A DNA stretch of 64,000 nucleotides from the NCBI GenBank assembly GCA_015486055.1, contig WFSJ01000034.1, positions 18,212-82,211 of the forward strand. The letters run 5' to 3'. The notes beneath the pieces were generated by a model. That model was not told where the DNA came from and made no database searches. It saw only the letters and a program-made list of their open reading frames with translations. The stretch's first letter is position 1. The number at the start of each line of letters is the position of its first letter. Shown piece by piece: positions 29,149-38,357 of this stretch. The translations under genes and the position numbers were made by a program. The stretch is from Acidobacteriota bacterium. GTDB taxonomy: Bacteria > Acidobacteriota > Aminicenantia > S016-38.

Positions 29149-29916
29149 AATAAGTTCCACTGACTCTCCAATTTTAGCTTTCAAAAGTCCCTGAGCAAAT
29201 TTCATCTTCGCCCCTATTTCAAGGAACCCAAGGCTGTTTATCAAAAGCCCTAATTCCTCCCCTTTAAGCTCATCATAGGTATTTACTCTCCTGGAAACCT
29301 TTATGTCCTTTATAATCGCAAAAGATATCCCTCTGCCCTTAAGATGCTCAGGCCTTATGTTCAGGTCAAGATTTCCAAACCTATCAATGTTGATCACTAT
29401 TCCTCTTAATATATTCCCCTCAAGCCTTGGCTGGGGAAATTTAAATCTTCTGTAATCATCTGTGGGTTCTCCAAACCTTTCAGGAGGAAGTCCCTTTGAG
29501 AGCCAAGCAGCAACTGGCGCCATTTTATCCCTTGCTTCAAAGGTGTGACTCGGATTTGAGAGAAAAAAATGCTCAGAGGTTATAGTATAAACGGTGAAAA
29601 ACTCACTAAGCTGATAAACAGGGGCAAATACCCCATTGTCAGGCCCAATATAATATTTCCCATCAGCTGATATAAGAATGATTTTTCTTTCGCTACCGAC
29701 CCTTGGATCAACAATTGTTAGAAATATGGTGTCCCTCGGGAAATAATTCATAACACCCATAAGAACATAAGCAGCGGAAATCGGATGAAATGGGGTAATT
29801 TCATGACTGACATCAATTATGTTTGCCTCCGGATTTATTGAGAGAATTACTCCTTTAAGTGCACCGACATAATAATCCTTTTCCCCGAAATCTGTTATAA
29901 GAGCAATGTTCCTCAT
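29140..29916 (-). CDS. SAM hydroxide adenosyltransferase (DUF62; fluorinase/chlorinase-like fold)
   Basis: The N-terminus (ALITDFGEKDYYVGALKGVILSINPEANIIDVSHEI) and overall 258-aa length match the DUF62 SAM-hydrolase family. Confidence 0.7.
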   Translation of the reverse strand: MRNIALITDFGEKDYYVGALKGVILSINPEANIIDVSHEITPFHPISAAYVLMGVMNYFPRDTIFLTIVDPRVGSERKIILISADGKYYIGPDNGVFAPVYQLSEFFTVYTITSEHFFLSNPSHTFEARDKMAPVAAWLSKGLPPERFGEPTDDYRRFKFPQPRLEGNILRGIVINIDRFGNLDLNIRPEHLKGRGISFAIIKDIKVSRRVNTYDELKGEELGLLINSLGFLEIGAKMKFAQGLLKAKIGESVELILA

Positions 29917-29946
29917 AAAATTAATATAATATCCTTAATAGAAAAC

Positions 29947-29976
29947 TTCAAGAAAATCTTCCTACTGTGTTATAAT
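29947..29976 (+). promoter_or_regulatory. candidate sigma70-type promoter with extended -10 (TGTTATAAT) and weak -35 (TTCAAG, 18-nt spacer)
   Basis: Sequence inspection only. It lies about 45 nt upstream of the hairpin/terminator on the same strand. Confidence 0.25.
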
Positions 29977-30023
29977 ATATTTAAAGCTAATAGCTTTACA
30001 CTTTTGACATTCTCACCATCCTT

Positions 30024-30052
30024 CACCCCCCCATAGGGGGGTGCTTTATATG
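30024..30052 (+). terminator. GC-clamp hairpin (8-bp stem CACCCCCC/GGGGGGTG, CATA loop) followed by CTTTATAT; intrinsic-terminator-like
   Basis: The perfect inverted repeat was seen directly in the 257-nt intergenic region. The U-rich tail is only on the + strand. Confidence 0.3.
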
Positions 30053-30173
30053 AAAAAAGATGGGAAGCCCTTTTACTGAGTAATTTAAGCTTTAACTTGC
30101 GTGGGTCATAGTCTCACTCGTAAAACGGTTTATCACCGCCAAAAGCCGCTTTAAAGACAGAAAGGTCCAATGG

Positions 30174-30935
30174 TCACCCATTTAAGGGGATTATAACAGG
30201 AATTTCTGCAACATAGGAAATTATTACTTTTATTCCATAAACCTCTTGTATATTCTCTTCTGTAATAATCTCATGGCCTCCTCTTGCAAAAATTTTTCCT
30301 TTCTTCATCAAAACAAATCGGTGGCTAAATCTAACGGAAAGATTTATATCATGCATCACAACCAGAATGGTAATTTTTCGGGCCTTCGAAATCTCAGCTA
30401 TAAGTTTCATAACCTCCATTTGATTCCTAAGATCAAGGTTTGATGTAGGCTCATCCAGCAAGAGAATCTGAGGCTCCTGAGCCAATGCCCTTGCCAGCAT
30501 GACTTTTTGCAATTCTCCTCCGCTAAGTTGAGATAGTGATCTAAAACCAACTTCCTGAAGGCCCATGGTTTTTATAACTTTCTCGGTTATTTCTATATCC
30601 TTCGAAGATACATCCCAGTTTATGTAGGGTTTCCTTCCAAGAAGAACTGCTTCAAAAACCCTTATTGAATTTCTCTCGGAAAATTGAGGGACATAGGCTA
30701 TCCGCCTTGCAATTTCCTTTCCTCTCAGCTTGCTGAGGTCACTTCCATCAAGAAGGATCCTTCCCTTTTGGGGTTTTAATATAGAGTTAATACATTTTAA
30801 GAGTGTGGTTTTTCCTACCCCATTTTCTCCGAGGATTGAAAGTATTTCTCCCTCCTCAACCTCAAGATTAATTCCCTTCAGAACTTCTTTGGCTCCATAA
30901 GAAAAACCTAAGCTCTCTACTTGAAGCAGGCTCAT
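30174..30935 (-). CDS. metal-chelate (FecE/BtuD-type) ABC transporter ATP-binding protein
   Basis: It has Walker A GENGVGKTT, the LSGGELQKV signature, and Walker B LLLDEPTSNLD. Confidence 0.85.
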   Translation of the reverse strand: MSLLQVESLGFSYGAKEVLKGINLEVEEGEILSILGENGVGKTTLLKCINSILKPQKGRILLDGSDLSKLRGKEIARRIAYVPQFSERNSIRVFEAVLLGRKPYINWDVSSKDIEITEKVIKTMGLQEVGFRSLSQLSGGELQKVMLARALAQEPQILLLDEPTSNLDLRNQMEVMKLIAEISKARKITILVVMHDINLSVRFSHRFVLMKKGKIFARGGHEIITEENIQEVYGIKVIISYVAEIPVIIPLNG

Positions 30936-31972
30936 TTCTCCCCTTTAACTAATATATACAAAAAGAGCGGAGTTCCCATGAACGCTGTTATTATTCCCAC
31001 AGGAAGAATAACAGGGGAAATCACTATTCTGGAAAGAGCATCAGAAAAAATGAGCAAAATAGCTCCCCAAAGAGCAGAAGAGGGGATTAAAAATCTGTGG
31101 TCCTCTCCCACGAATCCTCTCACCATATGTGGCCCGAGAAGGCCTATAAAACCGATTATTCCAACAAAAGCTACAGAAACCGATGTTATAAGGGAAGCAA
31201 AGAACATACCAGTAAGCCTGACTTTCCATGTATTAACTCCAAGGCTTTTAGCCACATCTTCTCCGCTTTGCAAGGCATTGTAATTCCACCTATTGGCAAA
31301 AATATAAATCAGAGCTGGGATAGTCACTCCTGTCATTATCCCGAGTTCTTTCCACGAAACCCTTCCCAGATCTCCAAATGTCCAAAATACTATGGCAGCG
31401 AGTTCTGTATCGCTGGCGAGAAACTGCAGTAAAGTGGTCCCCGCCATAAAAAGAAAGCCCATTGCCACTCCAGCAAGAATAAGAGACTGAGGAGATATTC
31501 CCTTTAGTCTTGCCAGCATTATTACAACAATTACCCCCAGTAAAGATCCAATAAAAGCAAAAGCAGTGATTTTATACGGACTTGAAATCATAAGGGCTCT
31601 GGAAGCACTGTTTTGAATCTCGCCTGCTTTTAAAACTACAATTGAAAAGGCTGCACCGAAAGCTGCACCGTGAGATATTCCCATTGTGAATGGAGACGCA
31701 AGAGGATTGTTCAAAACGCATTGCATGACTGTTCCTGCTATTGCCAGACTCAATCCTACAATAACAGCTGACAATACCCTGACTAATCTAATCTCCCAGA
31801 TTATACTTGAGGCAAGTTCTCCGGTTCTGTGAAAGATTGAGTTGAAAACCTGGAAAAAGTCCAAATGAACACTCCCCACATTCAAGGCCACCAGAAGGAA
31901 AACAAAAAGAAAAAATGCCTCGGCAAAAAGCGTTAATAATTTCTTCCTGACAAAAAGCTTATACTTGCTCAT
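30932..31972 (-). CDS. FecCD/BtuC-family ABC transporter permease
   Basis: 346 aa with about 9 TM helices. The FecCD core and conserved glycine-rich loops are present. It overlaps both neighbours by 4 nt. Confidence 0.85.
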   Translation of the reverse strand: MSKYKLFVRKKLLTLFAEAFFLFVFLLVALNVGSVHLDFFQVFNSIFHRTGELASSIIWEIRLVRVLSAVIVGLSLAIAGTVMQCVLNNPLASPFTMGISHGAAFGAAFSIVVLKAGEIQNSASRALMISSPYKITAFAFIGSLLGVIVVIMLARLKGISPQSLILAGVAMGFLFMAGTTLLQFLASDTELAAIVFWTFGDLGRVSWKELGIMTGVTIPALIYIFANRWNYNALQSGEDVAKSLGVNTWKVRLTGMFFASLITSVSVAFVGIIGFIGLLGPHMVRGFVGEDHRFLIPSSALWGAILLIFSDALSRIVISPVILPVGIITAFMGTPLFLYILVKGEK

Positions 31973-33060
31973 TCAATAAGTTTTATTTTCGCAAAGCCAG
32001 GGTAATACTCTTTCAATTTTTCATAAACAGATTCTCCCACGAAGAATTTGAATATTTCATTAGCTTTTTCTTCAGGGTCTATCTCTAAAAACTTCTGAGG
32101 ATAAAGAATTTTCCCGCAAAAATAAGCATTCGCAAGGGCAATCTCTATATTGGTTGTGTAGTAATTAAAGGGAAAAAGTCCATAAACCTTCCCTTCCCTA
32201 AAGGCTTTTAAAGACCTGTAAAAAGATGGGGTTTTCTTCATATCATTCATAACCAGCTTTAATCCGCCTTCATCTATAAATATATAGTCTGGATCCCATT
32301 GCAGCAATTTTTCTCGGTCAACTGAAATCCAGCCGTTTATCCTAAGATTGTCGGTCAAATTTTCCGCATTAATAACCCGAAAAACAGGGAAGTTTGTCAT
32401 GGTACTGTCTATTCCATGGGAACCTTTGTAGCCTAATCCTCCAATGTAAACTTTTGGTTTTTCTCTTATATTTTTTGTTCTTTTCCTGAGATCTTTTTCT
32501 AAAAACTTTATGTAAGATACAATTTTCCTGGCTCTTTCCTCCCTTCCAAGGATTTCCCCTGCAAGGAGAAGCGAACCAAAAAGTTTATCATTATCAAAGG
32601 TAGCGAGTCCACCATAGCTAAGGATTATTACAGGAATCTTAAGCTTTCTCTGTAATCTATCAGCAAATTCTCTATCCATGTAAGCAGCAAAAATCACCTG
32701 AGGGGACAACGCAAGCACCTCCTCTTCATTCAGAGGATTCTGACCCGGGGGGCCGCCTTTGGCAAAGGTGGGAAGTTTTTTAAGTTCGGGATTAGCTATT
32801 ATATAGGGCCTTCCCTCTGGATATTTTTTCTCTATGTCCTCAACTCCAATTACTTTATCCTGGGCATTAAGATAGACAATTAACCTTAATGCACCAGGTC
32901 CAGTGCATATTATGCGATTAACCTTGTGTGGCACTTCTACTCTCCTTCCTGAAAGATCAGTGAAAGTAGCTGCCCATAAAGTGGAAGCAATTAATATAAA
33001 TAACAGCCCTTTAGTATTATTCACACAGAAAAAATAACACCAAACTAAGGAAAAAATCAA
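31969..33060 (-). CDS. class III (BtuF/FepB/CeuE-like) periplasmic substrate-binding protein
   Basis: It has a signal/TM N-terminus and the PBP type 2 (Peripla_BP_2) layout (RIICTGPGALRLIVYL...). It is the first gene of the ABC operon. Confidence 0.8.
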   Translation of the reverse strand: MIFSLVWCYFFCVNNTKGLLFILIASTLWAATFTDLSGRRVEVPHKVNRIICTGPGALRLIVYLNAQDKVIGVEDIEKKYPEGRPYIIANPELKKLPTFAKGGPPGQNPLNEEEVLALSPQVIFAAYMDREFADRLQRKLKIPVIILSYGGLATFDNDKLFGSLLLAGEILGREERARKIVSYIKFLEKDLRKRTKNIREKPKVYIGGLGYKGSHGIDSTMTNFPVFRVINAENLTDNLRINGWISVDREKLLQWDPDYIFIDEGGLKLVMNDMKKTPSFYRSLKAFREGKVYGLFPFNYYTTNIEIALANAYFCGKILYPQKFLEIDPEEKANEIFKFFVGESVYEKLKEYYPGFAKIKLIE

Positions 33061-33171
33061 CCCAGCTCTTGCTTTAGTAATAATTTTTTAAAAAAAATAA
33101 TACAAAATATAAATTAATCGTTGAAAACCAATGAAAATGTAATTATACTCTTACAATAAAGGAGGTGCAAA

Positions 33172-33789
33172 ATGAAGACGGTTTTTGTTCATCCTGAAAA
33201 TTGCATTGGTTGCCGTCATTGCGAAATAGCATGCCTCATTGAACATTCCCAAACCAAGGATCTTTTTGGAGCTCTATTTGAAAATCCTAAACCTCACCCA
33301 AGAATTCATGTAGAAGTTGGCCTTGACTTTCACACTTTCCCTAATAGGTGTCGTCATTGTGATCCTGCACCCTGCATGCAGGTCTGCCCAACTGGTGCTT
33401 TATCCAGAGATAAAGAGACTGGCTCTGTGCTTGTGAACTATGACAAATGTATAGGGTGTGCTATGTGTGCTATGGTGTGTCCATTCGATATTATTTCTTT
33501 CCATAAAGTATGGAATGTTAGCTTTGACCACGAAGTTAATGCCAAATGCGACCATTGTATTGACAGACAACGTAGAGGCGAAGTTCCTGCCTGTGTGGAG
33601 GCGTGTAAAACAGGTGCTCTTGAGTTTGGTGATGCTAACGAAATTATAAGGAACTCAAGAAAAGATTTTACTTTAAGAACAACCATTGCTCTTGAAGGCG
33701 AAGAGGCACCTGCTGTACCCTCAAACATTAAGGCATTTAGGGATGTAATGGCAAAAGTAGCTAAGATTGGGCCTTTTAAAAGAAATTAA
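33172..33789 (+). CDS. cooF: CooF-like 4Fe-4S ferredoxin-type iron-sulfur protein
   Basis: It has four Cys clusters (CIGCRHCEIAC, CRHCDPAPCMQVCP, CIGCAMCAMVCP, CDHCIDRQRRGEVPACVEAC), typical of CooF/DmsB electron-transfer subunits. Confidence 0.8.
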   Translation: MKTVFVHPENCIGCRHCEIACLIEHSQTKDLFGALFENPKPHPRIHVEVGLDFHTFPNRCRHCDPAPCMQVCPTGALSRDKETGSVLVNYDKCIGCAMCAMVCPFDIISFHKVWNVSFDHEVNAKCDHCIDRQRRGEVPACVEACKTGALEFGDANEIIRNSRKDFTLRTTIALEGEEAPAVPSNIKAFRDVMAKVAKIGPFKRN

Positions 33790-33803
33790 AAAGGAGGTGC
33801 AAA

Positions 33804-35693
33804 ATGTATGATTCATTAAAAGCAAAAAAAGAAGCAGAAAAGAGGGCTTTGGATAAAACGGATCAAGAAATGATTGAGAAAGCGATGCAGGATGGGCTTG
33901 AAACCGCATGGGATAGATTAGCAAAACAGCAACCTCAGTGTGGTTTTGGACAATTGGGCGTTTGCTGCAATAGGTGTGCAATGGGCCCATGCAGAATAGA
34001 TCCATTTGGTGAAGGACCAACGCGTGGTGTATGCGGTGCAACGGCTGATTTAATTGTTGCAAGAAACTTGCTTGATGATCTCTCGGTAGGAGCTGCAGCA
34101 CATTCTGACCATGGTAGAGAAGTCTTGGAGGTCCTATTGGATACAGCCGAGGGTAAATCACAAGGCTACGAGATTATTGGCGAAGAAAAATTAAAGGTCG
34201 TTGCAGAAGAATACGGAATTAAAACAAAAGGAAAAAAGAAAGAGGAAATTGCAAAAGAGCTTGCGCTTGCAATGCTTGAAGAATTTGGCACAATCAAAAA
34301 TAAGATTCAGCTTGCTGAGAGGGCTCCTGAAAAAACAAAAGAAATGTGGGGTAAGGTAGGCATTATGCCAAGAAGTGTGGATAGGGAAATTGTAGAATCA
34401 ATGCACAGAATTCATATGGGAGTTGGTGCAGATTATGCAAATATTCTCCTTCATGGATTACGAACATCCCTCTCTGACGGTTGGGGCGGTTCTATGATGG
34501 CAACAGATGGCTCAGATATTCTGTTCGGTACTCCTACTCCAAACACTTCATGGGTAAATCTTGGAGTTTTAAGCAAGGATAAAGTAAATCTTGTTCTGCA
34601 TGGACACAATCCAATTCTTTCAGAGATGATTGTAAAAGCAGCAGAGGACTCCAAAATGAAAAAACTTGCTGAGGCCAAAGGAGCAAAAGGAATCAATCTG
34701 GTTGGCATGTGTTGCACAGGAAATGAACTTCTTATGAGACAAGGAATTCCAATAGCAGGAAACATGCTTGACCAAGAACTTGCAATTGCAACAGGAGCAG
34801 TGGAAGTAATGGTTATCGATTATCAGTGTATTTTCCCGTCTATCACTCATACTGCAAGTTGTTATCACACAAAAGTTGTTGCCACCAGTGAAAAATCAAA
34901 GGTCCCAGGTGCTATGTATATGGAATTCAAACCAGAAACGGCTCTTGATACTGCCAAAGAAATCGTAAAGACTGCTATTGAAAATTTCCCCAATAGAAAT
35001 CCTGACAGAGTAAAGATCCCAGATAAGCCTATAAAAATGATGGCAGGTTTCTCTGAGGAAGCTATAAGAAAAGCACTTGGAGGATCTTATAAACCATTAA
35101 TCGACGCTATTGTTGCAGGAAAAATAAAGGGAGCAGTGGGTATGGTAGGATGTAATAATCCCAAGATTAAACAGGACTATGGGCATGTAACTCTCGGCAA
35201 AGAGCTCATAAAGAGAAATATCTTGGTCGTTGAAACAGGATGTGCAGCAATTGCAAGCGGAAAAGCAGGACTTCTTCTTCCGGAAGCAGCTGAAATGGCA
35301 GGAGATGGATTGAAATCAGTTTGCAAAGCTCTTGGTATCCCACCAGTTCTGCATATGGGCTCCTGCGTGGATTGTTCAAGGATTCTTGTCTTAGGAGCAA
35401 ATATCGCCAAGGAACTTGGAGTAGGCATTGAAGACCTTCCCATTGCAGGTTCAGCCCCAGAATGGTATTCACAAAAGGCCGTTTCCATCGCATCTTATTT
35501 TGTAGCTTCCGGCGTAACCACGCATTTGGGAATTCCCCCTAAGATTTTTGGTAGCCCGAATGTTGTTGACCTCCTCACGAGTAAATTAAGAGATCACATC
35601 AATGCTACATACTTTGTTGAACCCGACCCTATAAAAGCAGCGGACAAAATTGAAGAAGAAATCAATCGTAAAAGGAAAGCCCTGGGGATTTAA
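33804..35693 (+). CDS. cooS: anaerobic carbon-monoxide dehydrogenase catalytic subunit
   Basis: The N-terminal CGFGQLGVCCNRCAMGPCRI motif holds B- and D-cluster cysteines. The 629-aa length is right for CooS, and conserved C-cluster Cys/His regions are present. Confidence 0.9.
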   Translation: MYDSLKAKKEAEKRALDKTDQEMIEKAMQDGLETAWDRLAKQQPQCGFGQLGVCCNRCAMGPCRIDPFGEGPTRGVCGATADLIVARNLLDDLSVGAAAHSDHGREVLEVLLDTAEGKSQGYEIIGEEKLKVVAEEYGIKTKGKKKEEIAKELALAMLEEFGTIKNKIQLAERAPEKTKEMWGKVGIMPRSVDREIVESMHRIHMGVGADYANILLHGLRTSLSDGWGGSMMATDGSDILFGTPTPNTSWVNLGVLSKDKVNLVLHGHNPILSEMIVKAAEDSKMKKLAEAKGAKGINLVGMCCTGNELLMRQGIPIAGNMLDQELAIATGAVEVMVIDYQCIFPSITHTASCYHTKVVATSEKSKVPGAMYMEFKPETALDTAKEIVKTAIENFPNRNPDRVKIPDKPIKMMAGFSEEAIRKALGGSYKPLIDAIVAGKIKGAVGMVGCNNPKIKQDYGHVTLGKELIKRNILVVETGCAAIASGKAGLLLPEAAEMAGDGLKSVCKALGIPPVLHMGSCVDCSRILVLGANIAKELGVGIEDLPIAGSAPEWYSQKAVSIASYFVASGVTTHLGIPPKIFGSPNVVDLLTSKLRDHINATYFVEPDPIKAADKIEEEINRKRKALGI

Positions 35694-35717
35694 ATTAAAT
35701 AAAGGCTGAATTAGAAA

Positions 35718-36593
35718 GTGCCTGAGAAGGATTCAAGAAGAGAAAGAATATTTAAGGTAGCAGAGGAACTAAGGAAAAAATCATCCGTTAGAGATAAAGG
35801 ATTTAGGGTAGTCATCACAGGCAAGGGCGGTGCAGGAAAGACTACCCTTACCGCTTTCCTTTCTAAATTATTCAAAAGAGACGGGTTCAATGTTCTTGCA
35901 GTTGACGAGGACCCACAGGTGAATTTACCCTATGCTCTGGGTATTCCTCCAGAGACTAAAATAATTCCTGTTTCGAGAAATATTGATTATGTGGAAGAAA
36001 AAACAGGGGCAAGGCCAGGAGAAGCATGGGGAGTTATGCTTTCTTTAAATCCCGATGTTTCCGATGTAGTAGATAGGTTCGGATTGAGAACAGATGACGG
36101 AATAAATATGTTAATCATGGGAAGCGTAATCCAAGCAGCTACTGGATGTCTATGTCCTGAAAATGCTCTTTTGGATGCAATAGTCAGGTATATAAGCCTG
36201 AGGAAAGGTGAAATAATCCTAATGGATACACAAGCAGGAGTGGAACACTTTGGAAGAGCACTGGCTAAAGGCTTTTCCCAGGCAATAATAATCACTGAAC
36301 CTTCTTTTAATTCATTTCAGGTAGCAGTTAACTCTCTACAATTATCCAGAGAGCTTGGAATCCCTCATGTTTATCTGGCAATAAACAAGGTTAGGTCTTC
36401 CAAGGAAGAAGAAAAGATAAAAAGGATTGCAGGAAAATCCCTAAATTCATTTGACAAAGTGTTTTCCCTTCCATATGATGAAATTGTCCTTGAAACTGAA
36501 CCTGATGTTACCCCAATCCTTGAGAAAAATTCGCCTTATTCAAAAGAAGTCCTTCGCATTAAAGAAGCCTTAAAAAAGCACATGGAGGAATAA
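35718..36593 (+). CDS. cooC: CO dehydrogenase nickel-insertion accessory ATPase CooC (MinD/ParA family)
   Basis: It has a deviant Walker A GKGGAGKTT and a CxC motif (GCLCP). It probably uses a GTG start. It has an N-terminal extension of about 30 aa relative to typical CooC. Confidence 0.8.
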   Translation: MPEKDSRRERIFKVAEELRKKSSVRDKGFRVVITGKGGAGKTTLTAFLSKLFKRDGFNVLAVDEDPQVNLPYALGIPPETKIIPVSRNIDYVEEKTGARPGEAWGVMLSLNPDVSDVVDRFGLRTDDGINMLIMGSVIQAATGCLCPENALLDAIVRYISLRKGEIILMDTQAGVEHFGRALAKGFSQAIIITEPSFNSFQVAVNSLQLSRELGIPHVYLAINKVRSSKEEEKIKRIAGKSLNSFDKVFSLPYDEIVLETEPDVTPILEKNSPYSKEVLRIKEALKKHMEE

Positions 36594-37843
36594 TGAAAGT
36601 TATAATAATTGGAGCAGGTCCTACAGGAGCTTACATTGCCAAGACTTTAAGAGAGGAAGGATTCCTGGGGAAAATAATAATGTTTTCCTCAGAACCTTTC
36701 CCTCCATATTCTCCACCTGTTCTGGCTGAGTATCTTGAAAGTAATGGTAAAAACAAGTCTATATTCTGGATGGGAGAAGATTTTTGTGATAGATTGGCGA
36801 TAGATTGTTTTATGGGTAAGAAAGTGGTAAATGTCCTACCTTTTCTCAAACGAGTTTTAGGAGAAGATGGTTCGCAATATGAATATGATATTCTGGCGAT
36901 AGCTTCGGGGAGTCGGATGTGGATCCCTATTAAATGCGAATGTAGTAAAGAAAGTGATAAGGAAAAATTCTACAATTTCAAATCTCTCACCGCAGTTGAA
37001 AAACTCAGGAGAGAATTGACAGAAAAAACAAAAAAAGCAGTAATCATCGGTGCTGGTTTCATTGGAATAGAAATAGCTATAACTCTTAAAAAAATGGGGT
37101 TGTCTGTAACCGTTGTAGAAATGATGGATAGAATACTTCCCAGAATGGTTAATAAAAAGATAGCTCAGCCTCTCCAGAGAATAGTAAAAAAAATGGGGAT
37201 AGAGCTTCTTTTGAATTCCAAGGGCAAATTACTCAGGGGAAAAGAAAAAGCTGAAGAATTGGTACTGTCCGATGGCAAGGTTATAAAAGGTGACATATTC
37301 GTAGCTGCCACAGGAATAATGCCCAATGTAGATTTTTTAAAAGGTGCTGGTATTCCTATACGGAAGGGCATATTGGTAGATGAGTATCTTAGAGCAGGAA
37401 GTGAAAATATATATGCAGGGGGCGATGTGGTTGAAGTTCCTGATCTCATAACAGGGAATGTATATTCCCATGCTATATATCCTGAGGCAATAAAGCAAGG
37501 GCGAATTATAGCACTGAATATACTGGGAAAAGGCATAAGATATGAAGGTGGGGTAAACATGAACAGTTTGTATCATTTTGGTCTTCCTTTGATTTCGGAA
37601 GGAGCAATGGAAGGAGAAGTTGAACATGATGAAGAAATAAATATTGAGGGTGAGAATAGGGTAGAGAAAATTTTATTAAAGGACGGAAAGATAATAAGGT
37701 TCGAGCTCATAGGAAATAAAAAACCTGCAGGAATTCTACATTCAATAATGGTTAACCATTCAAGGGTTAATTTCATTAAAGAATATATTAAAACGGAAAA
37801 GTTAAATTTTGCGCTTCTGACTGAGATTCTCTGGAAGAACTAA
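36593..37843 (+). CDS. FAD-dependent pyridine nucleotide oxidoreductase (ferredoxin:NAD(P)+ oxidoreductase-like, FNOR)
   Basis: It has two Rossmann GxGxxG motifs (IIGAGPTG; IIGAGFIGIE) and PYSPPVL, similar to the PYxRPPLSK of rubredoxin/ferredoxin reductases. Its start overlaps the cooC stop. Confidence 0.7.
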   Translation: MKVIIIGAGPTGAYIAKTLREEGFLGKIIMFSSEPFPPYSPPVLAEYLESNGKNKSIFWMGEDFCDRLAIDCFMGKKVVNVLPFLKRVLGEDGSQYEYDILAIASGSRMWIPIKCECSKESDKEKFYNFKSLTAVEKLRRELTEKTKKAVIIGAGFIGIEIAITLKKMGLSVTVVEMMDRILPRMVNKKIAQPLQRIVKKMGIELLLNSKGKLLRGKEKAEELVLSDGKVIKGDIFVAATGIMPNVDFLKGAGIPIRKGILVDEYLRAGSENIYAGGDVVEVPDLITGNVYSHAIYPEAIKQGRIIALNILGKGIRYEGGVNMNSLYHFGLPLISEGAMEGEVEHDEEINIEGENRVEKILLKDGKIIRFELIGNKKPAGILHSIMVNHSRVNFIKEYIKTEKLNFALLTEILWKN

Positions 37844-37850
37844 GAACTAT

Positions 37851-38270
37851 CTAAATAAATTTGCCAGTAGTTGCGGGAATTAGCTTATAGAAAATTACCC
37901 CCTTTGTTGTTCCAATTTCGTCAGCTATTTCCCTTACTTTTTTGGGCAGTCCCTTTATGATTATAGACTCCAAGCAGTGCTCTCTGTCAATATGTATGTG
38001 CAGGGTAGAAATTATCTCTTCATAGAATTCATGTTGATGATGGCAAACCTTGTCTGAGATATCCCTTGTGTTCAAATTATAAACGATAACCAGTACCCCT
38101 ATAACTTCTCCCTTTGAACATTCCCATTCCTTTCCAAGGACTATTTTTTCCCTGATAAGATCTCTTATTGCTTCCGACCTATTTTGATAACCTTTTTCCT
38201 TGAGAAACCCATCAAACTTTCGCAATAAATAAGAAGGTATAGATATGCTAAATCTTTCTGTTTTTTCCAT
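37851..38270 (-). CDS. nikR: nickel-responsive transcriptional regulator NikR
   Basis: It has an N-terminal ribbon-helix-helix (RFSISIPSYLLRKFD) and C-terminal nickel-binding His/Cys residues (CHHQHEF...HIHIDREHC). Confidence 0.85.
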   Translation of the reverse strand: MEKTERFSISIPSYLLRKFDGFLKEKGYQNRSEAIRDLIREKIVLGKEWECSKGEVIGVLVIVYNLNTRDISDKVCHHQHEFYEEIISTLHIHIDREHCLESIIIKGLPKKVREIADEIGTTKGVIFYKLIPATTGKFI

Positions 38271-38357
38271 TTTCTACTCAAATTCTATTGTAACAGATAA
38301 CTTTGAAGAAAAGTCAAGAACCGTCATGTTAATTCCTCTTATCTAATTAACTTAAGC

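Noticed and set aside
29917-30173. Possible cobalamin or SAM riboswitch next to the B12/iron-type ABC transporter and the SAM-cleaving enzyme. A GGGAAGCCC/GGTGC-like fragment was noted.
   Set aside because: The region is downstream of the ABC operon, which is not its 5' leader. The GCCACTG B12-box and the conserved stem architecture could not be found on either strand. Similarity is limited to a short GGGAAG string.
33061-33171. NikR operator in the cooF / ABC-importer divergent intergenic region (TAATAAT-T6A8-AATAATA).
   Set aside because: The AT-rich halves are direct rather than inverted repeats. They do not match the TATWATT-N11-AATWATA or GTATGA-N16-TCATAC consensus, so no site is claimed.
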